NCBI GenBank assembly: GCA_025594325.1
Contig: JANHCV010000005.1
Span: 1,984,001-2,048,000, forward strand
Direction: 5' to 3'
DNA from: Blastocladiella emersonii ATCC 22665
Taxonomy: Eukaryota; Fungi; Blastocladiomycota
Length of the DNA stretch: 64,000 bases
Each line of letters starts with the position of its first letter. The first letter of the stretch is position 1. This document shows positions 1 to 10,419 of this stretch, in pieces. A program made the translations under genes and the position numbers. The notes below the pieces were generated by a model. The model did no database searches. It was given only the letters and a program-made list of their open reading frames with translations, and was not told the origin of the DNA.

Positions 1-1424
1 TTTGTGGGAAAGGACGGCGGTTAGTGGTCTTTCGTGAGCACAGTTGCAAAGCAAACGGACCTCGTCGAGGAGCAGGATCGACGGCTCGGCGACCAGCTCC
101 ATGCCAATGTTGACGCGCTTGCGCTGCCCGCCCGAGATGCCGCGCACGCGCTCGTCGCCAATAATCGAGTCGGCGACGCCGAGTAGGCCGAGGTACGCCA
201 TGAGCTCCTTGACGCGGCGGTCCTTTTCGGGCGTCGGCAGGGCCGCGGGCAGGCGCATGTGGGCCGAGTGCCGCAAAATGTCGCGCACCGTGAGGTCGCG
301 GAGCACTAATTCGTTGGCGGGGCGTTAGCCTGGTAGCGCACGCGGCGCGCGAAGATAAACGTACTAATGTCCTCTTGCGGGACAAACCCGATCAGCTTGG
401 CGTAGCGCGCCATCTCGTCTTCGACGTCGTTGAGGTACACGGTGCCGCCCGTGCGGCGCGTCTTGCCGGCCAGCGTATTTAGGAAACTGGACTTTCCCGA
501 GCCCGAGCCGCCGAGTATGCCCGCGAGCTTGCCGGGGCGCAGCTCGCCCGACACGTCGCGCAGGATGGTGGCGCCGTTGTTGAGCGTCTTGGTGATGCCT
601 TCGAAGCGGACGTGGAAGTGGACGGCGGGGACCTCGGCGCGCGTCACGTCGGCAATGACCTGGCCGCCCGTGTCGAGGAGGCCCGTGTTCTTTCGCGGTC
701 CAGCACCGAGGGTGTCGAGCTCAATGGCGGTGCTCGCGGAAGTGGACTCGTCCGAAAAGCCGGCCCGTTGGCGCAGGTTGGGCGCAGCGGACACCCGTTC
801 AGAGCCGTCCTCGGCCGCGTCCGACGAAGTGGACAAGGGGAAAAAGTTGAGGACGGGGGTCGGCGCTGCCGTCAAGTCGAGCTGGAGCGCCCGCTGCAGC
901 CGCGCGCGCTTCTGGCGCTTGGCGCGCAGGATGAAAGCAAGCAGCGCGACCACGGCAAAAGCCCCGAACACGACAAAGACGCCGACGCGCGTCGGGACGG
1001 CCGTGCCCGGCTTGCACTGGGCGAGGAAAAAGTGGCACGGGAACGGGCGGTTGCTGCCGCGCGGGCAGTAGGACCCCTCGGGGCACACGGCGATGCGGTT
1101 CGGGCTCGCGCAGTAGAAGCCCGGGCAGCAGTAGACGGGGTGCGCCGTGTCGTAGGGGCACCAGAAGCCCGTCGGGCACGGGTACGAGGCGTCGGCCGAC
1201 CCGGTCGGGCAGAAGCGGCCCTCGGGGCACACGTGGCGCGACGCGATCCACGAGCAGTTGAGCCCCGTGGCGCGGTCCGTGTAGTTGCGGATCTCGAGCA
1301 GGTCGGCGAGCGTGAGGTTCGTGCCGCGGTTGTTGTCGCCGCCGAGGATCACGTCGGCGATGGTGGACGGGACGGTTGTCGTGGCGTTGCTGCCCGCGGG
1401 CCGGGTGCCGTTGCTCGATGCCAT
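1..1424 (-). CDS. ABCG half-transporter with Cys-rich extracellular N-terminus (ADP1/plant ABCG24-28-like), 3'-partial
   Basis: CPxGxxC repeats, one TM helix, Walker A GGSGSGKS and GFVPQEDI; intron 307-364; next exon has KRVNIGMELVAEPSILLLDE followed by a donor at ~60; gene runs off the left edge. Confidence 0.9.
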
Positions 1425-1575
1425 GGTTTCATCTAGTTGAGAGATTCATGGTTTATTACTCGAGCGGGGTTGGGAGAGCGCGGACGCGTCGCGGCGCGGT
1501 TTCCGCTTCTCACCATCCCGGTCCACCCAGCCTCTCCCCCACCATCTCGACCAACTCTTGCCGCAACCAAGAAAG

Positions 1576-2232
1576 ATGCACAGCCGCGACGTGAGCGCGC
1601 ACACGACCTTTGTCGACGACCCGGCACCGGGCCCGAGGGACCGCCCGCCGCAGCCCGCGAGCCCGCCGCTGTCGGCGTCCGTCCTCGTCTACTCAACTCG
1701 GTCCCGCCCTCAGGCACCGCCAGGCCTGGACCGTCCGGCGTGGAACTCGTCGCTGCGGGCTGCCTCCTTGAAGGAAGCACAGCGGCAGCGGGTCCGCGCC
1801 AGCGTCCTCGAGGGCGACCGCGACGTCGCCCTCGCCGACCCGCTGGTCCGCCGCTCGCTCGCCGCCCGGATCACGGTGCCCGCCCTCGACCGGCCCGCCG
1901 CCGAGCGCGTCTACCCGTCGCTCGTCTGTGGCAGCGTCGAACCACAGCAGTTGCGCCCGCGCCACCCGCCGTCGGCCGACGCCGAGTACCTCGGCAGGCT
2001 GTCCTCGCTCGGGCCGCCCACGATCGACGCCTTTGTCGGGTACGTCGCAGCTCCCACCTTGCCTCGTCACGACGTGCGTTCTCACGCATCTCGTGGGTGT
2101 AGCAGCGCGTCCCCGTCCCCGCAGACCGCAGCGGGAGCCGCAGCAACGACCGCCGGTCCCGCCCCCGTTCCGCTGCTCTCGATTGCGTCGCTGCGGGCCG
2201 CCGTCTTCTCCTCCTCGCCTTCTTCTCGTTGA
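1576..2232 (+). CDS. Hypothetical protein, possibly PPP1R35 C-terminal-like (centriolar)
   Basis: ATG at 1576; in-frame 63-nt intron 2040-2102 (GTACGT...TAG); segment PAWNSSL...ITVP...RVYPSLV recalls PPP1R35_C, by eye only. Confidence 0.5.
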   Translation: MHSRDVSAHTTFVDDPAPGPRDRPPQPASPPLSASVLVYSTRSRPQAPPGLDRPAWNSSLRAASLKEAQRQRVRASVLEGDRDVALADPLVRRSLAARITVPALDRPAAERVYPSLVCGSVEPQQLRPRHPPSADAEYLGRLSSLGPPTIDAFVGYVAAPTLPRHDVRSHASRGCSSASPSPQTAAGAAATTAGPAPVPLLSIASLRAAVFSSSPSSR

Positions 2233-2405
2233 GAGCGAGTGGACCGCACACTGAAGCCGGAACTGGCCCGTCCTCGGTCGCGAGTGCCTCAAAAGGCCTG
2301 CAGCGAGCGGCGGCTAAGCCACCGCCGCACGTCCCATGCCATCGCTTCGCCTCGCTTCCTCTCTCCTCCCTTCCCTCTTTCGCTCTCACCAACCAGCAAT
2401 CAGCC

Positions 2406-3441
2406 ATGTATCGCAAGTCTCGCAGCAGCTGGTCTGCCACTGCCGCCGCCATCGCGGCCCTCGCGGCCCTCCTGGTCACCCTCGCCCTCGCCGACGGCAC
2501 CGTCGCCGCATCATCCCCCACGCCCACAACTTCAATAGCAGCACCGACCCCGCAGTGCACCCTCGACACGGCCGCCTACCTGTCCGTGCTCAAGCCAGTC
2601 CACCGCGACCACTTTCCCTACATCAGCCAGGCCGCCGCGCTGTACGACATGTGCTCGCCCAAGCGCCTCGGCCTGTTCCTCGGCAACGTTGCCCACGAGT
2701 CGGCCGAGCTGACCATCTTTGAACAGCCGCTGACGGGCGGCCGCGGTGCGATCCAGATGGTACTTTTAATTGATGTGTGTGTTTACGGCTTCTCGGTCGC
2801 TGACGCTCTCGTACTCGCGCTGATCAGATTCCCAAGAACTGGGCGTACGTTCAGCAAGTGTCCCCTCGTCCACTCACCGCCTGCTGACACACGCTCTCGA
2901 TGACAACAGGCTCGCGTTCAAGGACCTCAACGACCCCGCCGTCACGGCGCGCCTGCAGGGCAACCTCGGCCGCACCGACGCGCCCGCGCAGGAGGTGATG
3001 CTCGACGCCAAGGTCATGTACCGCATCGCCGCGTGGTGGTTCAAGGGCGGCGCCGCGCAGCTCATGGCGCCGTCGTGTGCCACGCTGTACAGCTACGCCG
3101 ACCGCCTCGACGTCGGGCCCGGCTCCGCGCAGCGGGGTGACGCGCCGACGCCCGAAAACGCGGCGGTGCTCGGCCAGGCCACGGCGTGCATCTCGGGCAA
3201 CGCCGCCGATCCGGCCAACGTGCAGCGCAACGCCTACGTGCTGCGTGCGATCCGGGCCCTGCAGGAGGGCGGCAACGTCACGGCTACTGCCACGGCGATC
3301 ACGGCGACGGCGGCGGCCGCTGGTCCCAAGGCGACGGCAGCGGGGGCGACCGCGAATCCCTCGGTCTCGTCGGCGGCTGCCACCACGAGTGTGTACGCGC
3401 TAACCCTCGTGGTCGTTCTGATTGGGGCGTTGATGGGATGA
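2406..3441 (+). CDS. Secreted, probably GPI-anchored GH19 (chitinase/lysozyme-like) hydrolase
   Basis: Signal peptide; RLGLFLGNVAHES...FEQ, GRGAIQM, IAAWWF and TACISG motifs; introns 2760-2827 and 2845-2909 flank a 17-nt exon and keep the frame; Ala/Thr linker and hydrophobic C-terminal tail. Confidence 0.75.
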
Positions 3442-3665
3442 ATACACACTGGATTGCATCGCACAAGCACGTCCGCCTGACCGCGCCTCTGATCCGACGG
3501 GCGGAGCGGAGAGGAGAGCGCACCGATTTCGCGCTGCTCAAGTCGGCGCGGAGAGCGATCGGCGCCGCGCCGAGAGTGGGAGACGCGACACATCGAGTGC
3601 AGCGGCCGCCAAAACGGCAGCGGTCCCTCCTCTCCCCGCTGGAACCCTCAACCTCCATAGTAACC

Positions 3666-5526
3666 ATGGATCTCATCAAGGAATACCTCAGCGCAGCCGC
3701 TGACCGCGCGGGCGGCGTCGACCCGACCACGATCGCGCTGTACGCGGTGCCCGCTGCCCTCGTCGCCGTGCCGACGCTCGCCGTGGCCAAGCTCGGCCTC
3801 GACATTGCGCGCGCCAAGGCCCTCGAGCGCAAGCTCACGGCCACGCCGGCAGTGCCCGGCACGCTGCCGATCCCGTACGACAAGGAGCACTCGCACGCCA
3901 TCTGGGGTGTCGGCGAGCAGTTTGGCGCGTCGTCCGTGACGCGTGCGCTCGGTTCGCTGCATGCGCGGCTCGGCCCGAGTACGTTACTCTAGTGACGATG
4001 ACCTCCTACAAAGACTAACGCTGTGCTAGTCCTCGTCTGGCGCGCGGCCCACCGTATCAGCGTGAGCATCATCGGTACGTCACTTCACCCGCTCCCGCCT
4101 CACATCCACGCTTACACAACCCACAAAACAGACCCGAAGCTCGCCCACATCGTCGTCAGCAAGCTCAACCTGCCCAAGGGCGGCTACGAGTCGGTCACCG
4201 ACCTGCTCGGCGACTCGCTGCTCACGGCCAACGGCGCGGCGTGGCACCACAAGCGCAAGGCCGTCAACCCGGCGTTCCGCGTCAGCTTCCTGCAGCAGGT
4301 GCTCGCGCCCGCCGTCGTCGACCGCTCCAAGCTCATGTTCGACGTGCTGTTCCCCAAGTCGCCCGAGGGCCGCGCCATCAACCTCATGGAGTGTTTTTCG
4401 AAAGTGACGCTCGACCTGATTGGGCTCGCCGGCTTCGACTACGACTTCGGGTTCTGCTCGGCGTCGGCCGACGAGGGCATCTCGGCCATGGTGCGCAACG
4501 TGCTCGAGGAGCCCAACCTGCGCGGCCAGAACCCGCTGCGCAAGTACCTGCGGGTCGGCGCGGCGCTGCAGTACGCGCGCGACCTGCGCGACTTTAAGGC
4601 GCTGGGCCGGCGCGTGATCCGCGATGCGCGGGCCAAGCAGCAGGCTCAGGCGAAAGCGGGCGTGTCGATTGACAACCCGACGTCGATTCTGGGCCTGCTG
4701 CTGCAGCAGTCGGACCTCGGCGAGCAGGAGCTGCTCAACGAGGTGGTGACGTTCCTGTTTGCGGGCCACGAGACGTCGGCGTCGACGCTGGCGTTCATGG
4801 TGCTGCTGCTGGACGCGCACCCGGCGGCCAAGCGCGCGCTCGTCGACGAGGTGGAGCGCGAGCTGGGCGGGCGCGACCCGACGTTCGAGGACATGGCGCG
4901 GCTCAAGTACACGGCGGCGGTCATGAAGGAGACCCTGCGGCTGTTCCCGATCGGATGGGCGACTGGTGCGTTGGCTTCGCTGGTCGAGAGTGGCGGGCAC
5001 GACTGACTCTGGGAGTGTGTGTAGCGCGCGAGACGTTCGAGGCCAAGACGCGCATCGGCGACTACGTGCTGCCGGCCAAGGTACACGTCGCTGGCGGGAA
5101 GAGGGTGCGACGCAGCAACACTGACCCGCCGTTCACATCGAGTAGACGCCGATCCTCGTCGACTACTTTAACATGCACCGCAACCCGGCCGTGTGGGACC
5201 GCCCGCTCGAGTTTGTGCCCGAGCGCTGGCTCACGTCGAGCACGGGCAACGACGACGAGCAGCAGCAGGGCACGGCGGCCGGCGCCCCCGGACCCGGCAT
5301 GGTGCCGCACAGCTACCTCCCCTTCTCGGGCGGGCTGCGCAGCTGCATCGGCAAGCCGTTTGCCGAGATGGAGATCAAGCTGCTCACCGTGCTGCTCGTG
5401 CAGCGGTACGACTGGCGCGTGCAGCGGCCGGCCGAGTGGGGCGACCGCGCCGTCAGCGACCTGTACGCCGACGGCACGACGCTGCGCCCGCTGCCGCACC
5501 TGGTGTGGGTGACGCCTCGGGTGTGA
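3666..5526 (+). CDS. Cytochrome P450
   Basis: I-helix FLFAGHETS, K-helix ETLR, PERW and heme motif FSGGLRSCIG; several short introns. Confidence 0.95.
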
Positions 5527-5775
5527 GTGATACATGTTCTTGTTAGTGGGGAGAGAACTGCTGCTGCGCCACGCCGTGCACGCGCCCGACAAGCGAGAGA
5601 CACGTCGTCGTCGCGACGCCGTGAAGCTGGTCGACCCTCTCACGGGCCGGCCTGTGCACCCCGACGCAACGTACGGCCGCCGCTCCCACCCACTGCAATG
5701 GAATCACCACGATGAATGCTATCGGGGGTGAGACACACCACGAGTCTGACGCCCGCGCCGCCAACTAGAACAACC

Positions 5776-6900
5776 ATGACGGCGTCGTCCCTCCCGCGCC
5801 TGCTGGGCCTCGCGCTGTGCATGTTCCTCGCCGCGTTCGGCGCCGGCCACCTGCCGCTGTCGGTCGCGCTGTCCGAGCGCAGCATGCAGCTGACGACCGT
5901 GTTCGGCGCCGGCATGATCGTGGGCACGGCGCTGGTCGTCATCCTGCCCGAGGGCGTCGAGACGCTGCTGGCGGCGCAGGCGTCGGCTTCGTCCGAGCAC
6001 GCCGACCATGATCACGATGAAGAGGGGACGAGCGCGCACCGGCTCATTGGCACGGCGCTGCTGCTCGGGTTCGCCACCATGTTCCTCATCGAGCAGGCGC
6101 AGGCGCACTCGGCGCACGTCCACCCATCCGCCTCGGTCGCCGTGGTGGGGCCGCCGCCGGGAAGCGTGCCGCTGCGGCAGTCGGACCCGGACCTGCCGCT
6201 CGAAGAGTCGCCGCTGCACCACGAGGTCGAGTTCCCCGAGTCGGCCACGTCGCCGCACCCGCCGCGCGAGTGCCCCTCGGGAGAGGCGACGGCCGCGCGC
6301 TCCCCATCACCGCCCCGTGCAAGACTCGCGCGCAACAGCGGCCACCATCACCACTACCACGGCATCGGCACCCACTCGCCCGACCCGTCATCCGACTCGG
6401 CGGGACCCAGCTACACGAGCGCCGCGGGGCAGTCGGTCGTTGCCGCGACCATTGGGCTCGTGATCCACTCATTCAGCGACGGCGTGGCCATGGGCGCGGC
6501 GTCGGCAGCCGCGCAACCCGCGCTCGAGATGGTCGTCTTCCTCGCCATCGTGTTGCACAAGGGGCCCTCGGCGTTCGGGCTCACGTCGTACCTGCTGCAC
6601 CACGGGACCACGTCGCGGCGGCGGATCCGGCACCACCTGCTCGCCTTCTCGGCGGCGGCGCCGCTGGCGGCCATCACCACGTTCCTGGCGCTGCGCGGGG
6701 CGACCACGGACTCGAAGACGGTCGGGACGTGGACGGGCCTGCTGCTGCTCTTCTCGGCAGGCAGCTTCCTGTACGTGGCGACGGTGCACGTCCTGCCCGA
6801 GGTGCTGGCGCGGCGCGGGCACCTGTCGTGGGGCCAGGTCGCGGCGATGATGGTCGGGATGCTGTTCCCGCTGGTGATCCAGGTGGACCACGCGCACTGA
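5776..6900 (+). CDS. ZIP9: ZIP-family Zn/Mn transporter (ZIP9/ATX2-like)
   Basis: GAGMIVGTALVVILPEG, GLVIHSFSDGVAMG, VLHKGPSAFGL, FLYVATVHVLPE; His-rich loop. Confidence 0.92.
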   Translation: MTASSLPRLLGLALCMFLAAFGAGHLPLSVALSERSMQLTTVFGAGMIVGTALVVILPEGVETLLAAQASASSEHADHDHDEEGTSAHRLIGTALLLGFATMFLIEQAQAHSAHVHPSASVAVVGPPPGSVPLRQSDPDLPLEESPLHHEVEFPESATSPHPPRECPSGEATAARSPSPPRARLARNSGHHHHYHGIGTHSPDPSSDSAGPSYTSAAGQSVVAATIGLVIHSFSDGVAMGAASAAAQPALEMVVFLAIVLHKGPSAFGLTSYLLHHGTTSRRRIRHHLLAFSAAAPLAAITTFLALRGATTDSKTVGTWTGLLLLFSAGSFLYVATVHVLPEVLARRGHLSWGQVAAMMVGMLFPLVIQVDHAH

Positions 6901-6933
6901 TTGATTCATACACTTTGTCAAACCGTTACTCAT

Positions 6934-6963
6934 GGGTGGTCGGTGGTCGGTGGTCGGTGGTCG
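6934..6963. repeat. 7-bp tandem repeat (GTGGTCG) x ~4 downstream of ZIP9
   Basis: gggtggtcggtggtcggtggtcggtggtcg read directly. Confidence 0.8.
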
Positions 6964-7250
6964 CTGCCTCGAGCCGAGTGTGGCGCAGAGCGTCGTGAAG
7001 CGACCGACCAGAAATGGGCACATCCCGCCTCGCATCGCCTCTCCTCTCCTCTTCAAGCACCCCCTGTTTTGCAACGTAGCACACACTCTGAGAGGCCAAG
7101 AGAGCCTGCAACGAGTCCGCCTTTCGTCCTACGGCCGTCCCAACTAGCGGACCCCTCATCTTCTTGCTACCTTGCCCAACGACAGTACGCTCTTGCCCCC
7201 ACGGCAACCAACGACGTGCAGGACCTCACTCGGTCAGCCTCGTAGTCAAC

Positions 7251-10200
7251 ATGAACGCCGAAGAGCTTCCGCCGCTGCCCGACACGCCCACCACGCCGTC
7301 CTCGATGGCCTCGCGGATACCCTCCCCATCGACCAGCACAACCCCGTCGCGGAGGTCGCCCTCACCCCGACCTCCTCCCACAAAGAACAACCGCCGCGTC
7401 TCCATGGTCGACCTCATGCGCAACCCGCCGCCCAACCTCGCGTCCGACGACCTGCTCGCGCGGTTCCCGACCATGCGCTCGAGCCCCGCCATCGTGCGCA
7501 TGCTCAAGGCCTCGGCGTCCGCCGCCAAGCGCCAGTCGGTCATGAACCTGCCCGCCAACCTCGTCTCGGAGCGCCAGGCCTATTTCGAGGGCGAGGTCGA
7601 GGGCGAGCTGCGCAAGCTCGAGTCGTCCAAGGAGTGGTTCGACATTCAAAAGTACATTGAATCGTACTACGGCATCACGCTCGTCGCCTCGTCGGGGACG
7701 CACGGTGTTCCTGCGATGCCGCCACTTCCGGGCTCGTTGCCGAGCGGTGGTATGCCGCTGCCGCCGCTCCCGCCCATGCCACCAACCGCGAACCTGCCGC
7801 CGACCCCGCCGACGTCGCGCCCGCGGACCCCACCCGCACCCTCGTCCACGCCGACCCCCTCGCGGACGCCACCGCCGCGCTCGCACACCCCGCCCGCGCG
7901 GCCCTCGACGCCGCAGGGCAAGCACGGCGTCAACGGGTCGCTGCTGCGCAGTCTCGCGCTCTTGGGGGATGTGACGGCGACGTGGGCCGCGCCCGACGGC
8001 AAAGAGTACCTCGCCCTCGCCGCGCCCATCAACGAGTTCCTGTTCCACTACCGCTCGTCGGGCGCGACCGCCGACACGGACCGCATCGCGGGCGTGCTCG
8101 AGGAGATGGAGGGCATGGACGCGGCGACCGGCGAATTAGCGCCCGAGGACCCCGCCGCGTGGAAGCCGCGCGTCGACGAGTTTGTCGCTGACATGCGCGC
8201 CCACCTCGAGACGACGGTTGCCGCGACGAAAAAGCAGTGGGCGACGCAGCAGCTCGCGCGGCTGCGCGACGACCTGTTTGCGCAGTGCACGCGGCACTTT
8301 CGCGCCGTGCAGCTGCTCAAGGCGCGGCGCGACGACCCCGTCGACGAGCTGCGGTCGGGCGCGGTGCTGGCGCACTTCTTCAACTGGATCATGGACGGCT
8401 ACGAGCAGCGGCTGCGCGACCTGGGCCTGTCGCCCGCCGACCTGCTGCCCGCATCGCCGCGCCTGATGCCATCCGTGTCGGCCGCACCCGCACTCGGTGC
8501 TGGTACCGATAGCCCGCCGCCGCCGTCGTCGTACTCGCTGCTCGACGCGACGCTCAACTGGAACGCGCTCGCGGCCGCCATGGCGAGCACCCTCGGTTTA
8601 TCAGTCGGAGACTGGGGCATCCGCCCGCTCGGTCTGCCGCGCAACCCCGACGCGGTGCGCCTCGTGACGGTGCTGCTCGGCTTCCGGTGCGCGCAGCTGA
8701 CGCTGACGCCGGGCATCGTGTCGGACGACGACATGGAGTCGCTCGTCGAGTACTTTTCGGTGCTGCACCCCGAGCACGCGGCGACGGCGGCCGCCTCGGT
8801 CCACTCGCTGCCGCACTCGCTGATGGGCAGCGGTCTCGACGCGACTCGGTTCCCCGTCAACTCGTCGGGCACGCTTATCCGCCTCCCCCTCTCATCCACG
8901 AGCACCCCGAAAACGGTGACGCTGTACGAGTGCGCCGTCGCCAAGCAGACGGTGGTGGCGGCGCGCAGCCAGGGCCGCGTGCTGCGGGCGACCGAGGTCA
9001 AGGGCGCGCGCGCCGTGTGGCTGTACCAGCGGTACCTGCGCGTGCTCGAGATCCTGCAGCCGCACCGCGCGGCCGACCACCCGTCGCTCGTCACGCCCAC
9101 TCTGGTGGAGATGCAGGGCCTCGGCCTGCCGCCGCTGCCGCTCGAGGCCGTCCCGCGCGACTGGATGCCGCTGTCGCCCAACCTGTACTTTGTGTTGGCA
9201 GACTCTGACGCTTCGCCCGGAACGCTCCCACTCGACGCGTACCTCCTTCGCCACTACGCGTACCGCAAGTGCCTCGTCACGTCCGGCAGCAGTAGCAGCA
9301 GCAGCATCAAGATTGACCGCGACCGCGCCTACGACGTGAACCGGCTGCTGCTGCAAATCTTCAAGCGCATCGCCGAGGCGCTGGCCTACCTGCACGAGCA
9401 GTGGAACCTGGCGCACGGCAGCGTCGAGGCCGCGCACGTTTTGGTGGTGGGCGACGCCGAGGCGGGCCTGCGCGCGAGCGAGGCCGTGGTCAAGCTGCTC
9501 CCGCCGAGTCTGGCGTTGGGCCCGCCGCCGTCGTTCACGCCTGGCCAGGAGTCGGACTACGACTCGACGCTGGCGAGCGACGTGCGCGCGCTCGGCGACC
9601 TGTTCCACGCGGTGCTGTCGCGGTTCTGGTTCACGCGCCCGCTCGTGTCGTCTTCCACGAGTACTGTCGCAGTGGGTCCGACGCCGCCCGACTCGAGTGA
9701 CGCGGTCACCGCCACCACGTCTGAGGCACCCGCTCCAGCAGATGAACAGCAGGTGGTGCCGCCGTCGCTCGAGATGCACCACGAGCACCTGCTGATGCGG
9801 CAGTCGACGGCGTCCATGTCGTCCTCGGGCTCTGGGTCCCGCCCCTCGTCGTCAGCGATCACGTCCGTGTACGGTGCTCTGCCGCCGCTGACGCCGACCG
9901 GCACCAGCTTCCCGGGCAATCCACTCGACCGTTCTGGCAACGGCACCCTCACCCGCAGCGCGACGACGACCAAGAAGAAGAAGCGGCCGATCACGATCCA
10001 CCTAGCGCCGTCAATCCACCCGCCGTGGTCGCCGCTGTACAACGAGGCGGCGACGACCGTGATCCAGCGGCCCAACACGCCCGAGGCGCCCGACGCGGTG
10101 CCGCCGCTGCCATCGGCCGAGACCATGCCGCCCGTCCCGCCGCTCCCCAACTCTGCCAACGGTGGCTCCAGTGCGACCCAGCACTACGTGTCTCCCTCTG

Positions 10201-10361
10201 TACGCCCGCGCACGCCGTCGCCGCCGCGCGACCTCGCCAACACGGAGCAGGACCGCGCCATGAACGAGATTCTCGACTCGCTGACGGCGCTCGTGGCGCG
10301 GATGCGCGACGCCAACGAGACGAACCGGCCCGTGATCCGCGAGGTGCTCGAGTACTTTTGA
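7251..10361 (+). CDS. ~1036-aa Pro-rich protein with a degenerate kinase-like domain (pseudokinase)
   Basis: Long uninterrupted ORF with coding-like GC bias; QIFKRIAEALAYLHEQWNLAHGSV...VLV and SDVRALG match kinase subdomains VIa/VIb/IX, but HRD, catalytic-loop Asn and DFG are absent. Confidence 0.75.
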   Translation: MNAEELPPLPDTPTTPSSMASRIPSPSTSTTPSRRSPSPRPPPTKNNRRVSMVDLMRNPPPNLASDDLLARFPTMRSSPAIVRMLKASASAAKRQSVMNLPANLVSERQAYFEGEVEGELRKLESSKEWFDIQKYIESYYGITLVASSGTHGVPAMPPLPGSLPSGGMPLPPLPPMPPTANLPPTPPTSRPRTPPAPSSTPTPSRTPPPRSHTPPARPSTPQGKHGVNGSLLRSLALLGDVTATWAAPDGKEYLALAAPINEFLFHYRSSGATADTDRIAGVLEEMEGMDAATGELAPEDPAAWKPRVDEFVADMRAHLETTVAATKKQWATQQLARLRDDLFAQCTRHFRAVQLLKARRDDPVDELRSGAVLAHFFNWIMDGYEQRLRDLGLSPADLLPASPRLMPSVSAAPALGAGTDSPPPPSSYSLLDATLNWNALAAAMASTLGLSVGDWGIRPLGLPRNPDAVRLVTVLLGFRCAQLTLTPGIVSDDDMESLVEYFSVLHPEHAATAAASVHSLPHSLMGSGLDATRFPVNSSGTLIRLPLSSTSTPKTVTLYECAVAKQTVVAARSQGRVLRATEVKGARAVWLYQRYLRVLEILQPHRAADHPSLVTPTLVEMQGLGLPPLPLEAVPRDWMPLSPNLYFVLADSDASPGTLPLDAYLLRHYAYRKCLVTSGSSSSSSIKIDRDRAYDVNRLLLQIFKRIAEALAYLHEQWNLAHGSVEAAHVLVVGDAEAGLRASEAVVKLLPPSLALGPPPSFTPGQESDYDSTLASDVRALGDLFHAVLSRFWFTRPLVSSSTSTVAVGPTPPDSSDAVTATTSEAPAPADEQQVVPPSLEMHHEHLLMRQSTASMSSSGSGSRPSSSAITSVYGALPPLTPTGTSFPGNPLDRSGNGTLTRSATTTKKKKRPITIHLAPSIHPPWSPLYNEAATTVIQRPNTPEAPDAVPPLPSAETMPPVPPLPNSANGGSSATQHYVSPSVRPRTPSPPRDLANTEQDRAMNEILDSLTALVARMRDANETNRPVIREVLEYF

Positions 10362-10419
10362 TTGCACAGCACACTGTAACCAATATATACACACTCCTCC
10401 TCATCCTCCCTCACCAAAC

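Noticed and set aside
2406-6900. GH19, P450 and ZIP next to ABCG as a biosynthetic gene cluster
   Set aside because: No backbone synthase (PKS, NRPS or terpene) and no functional coherence
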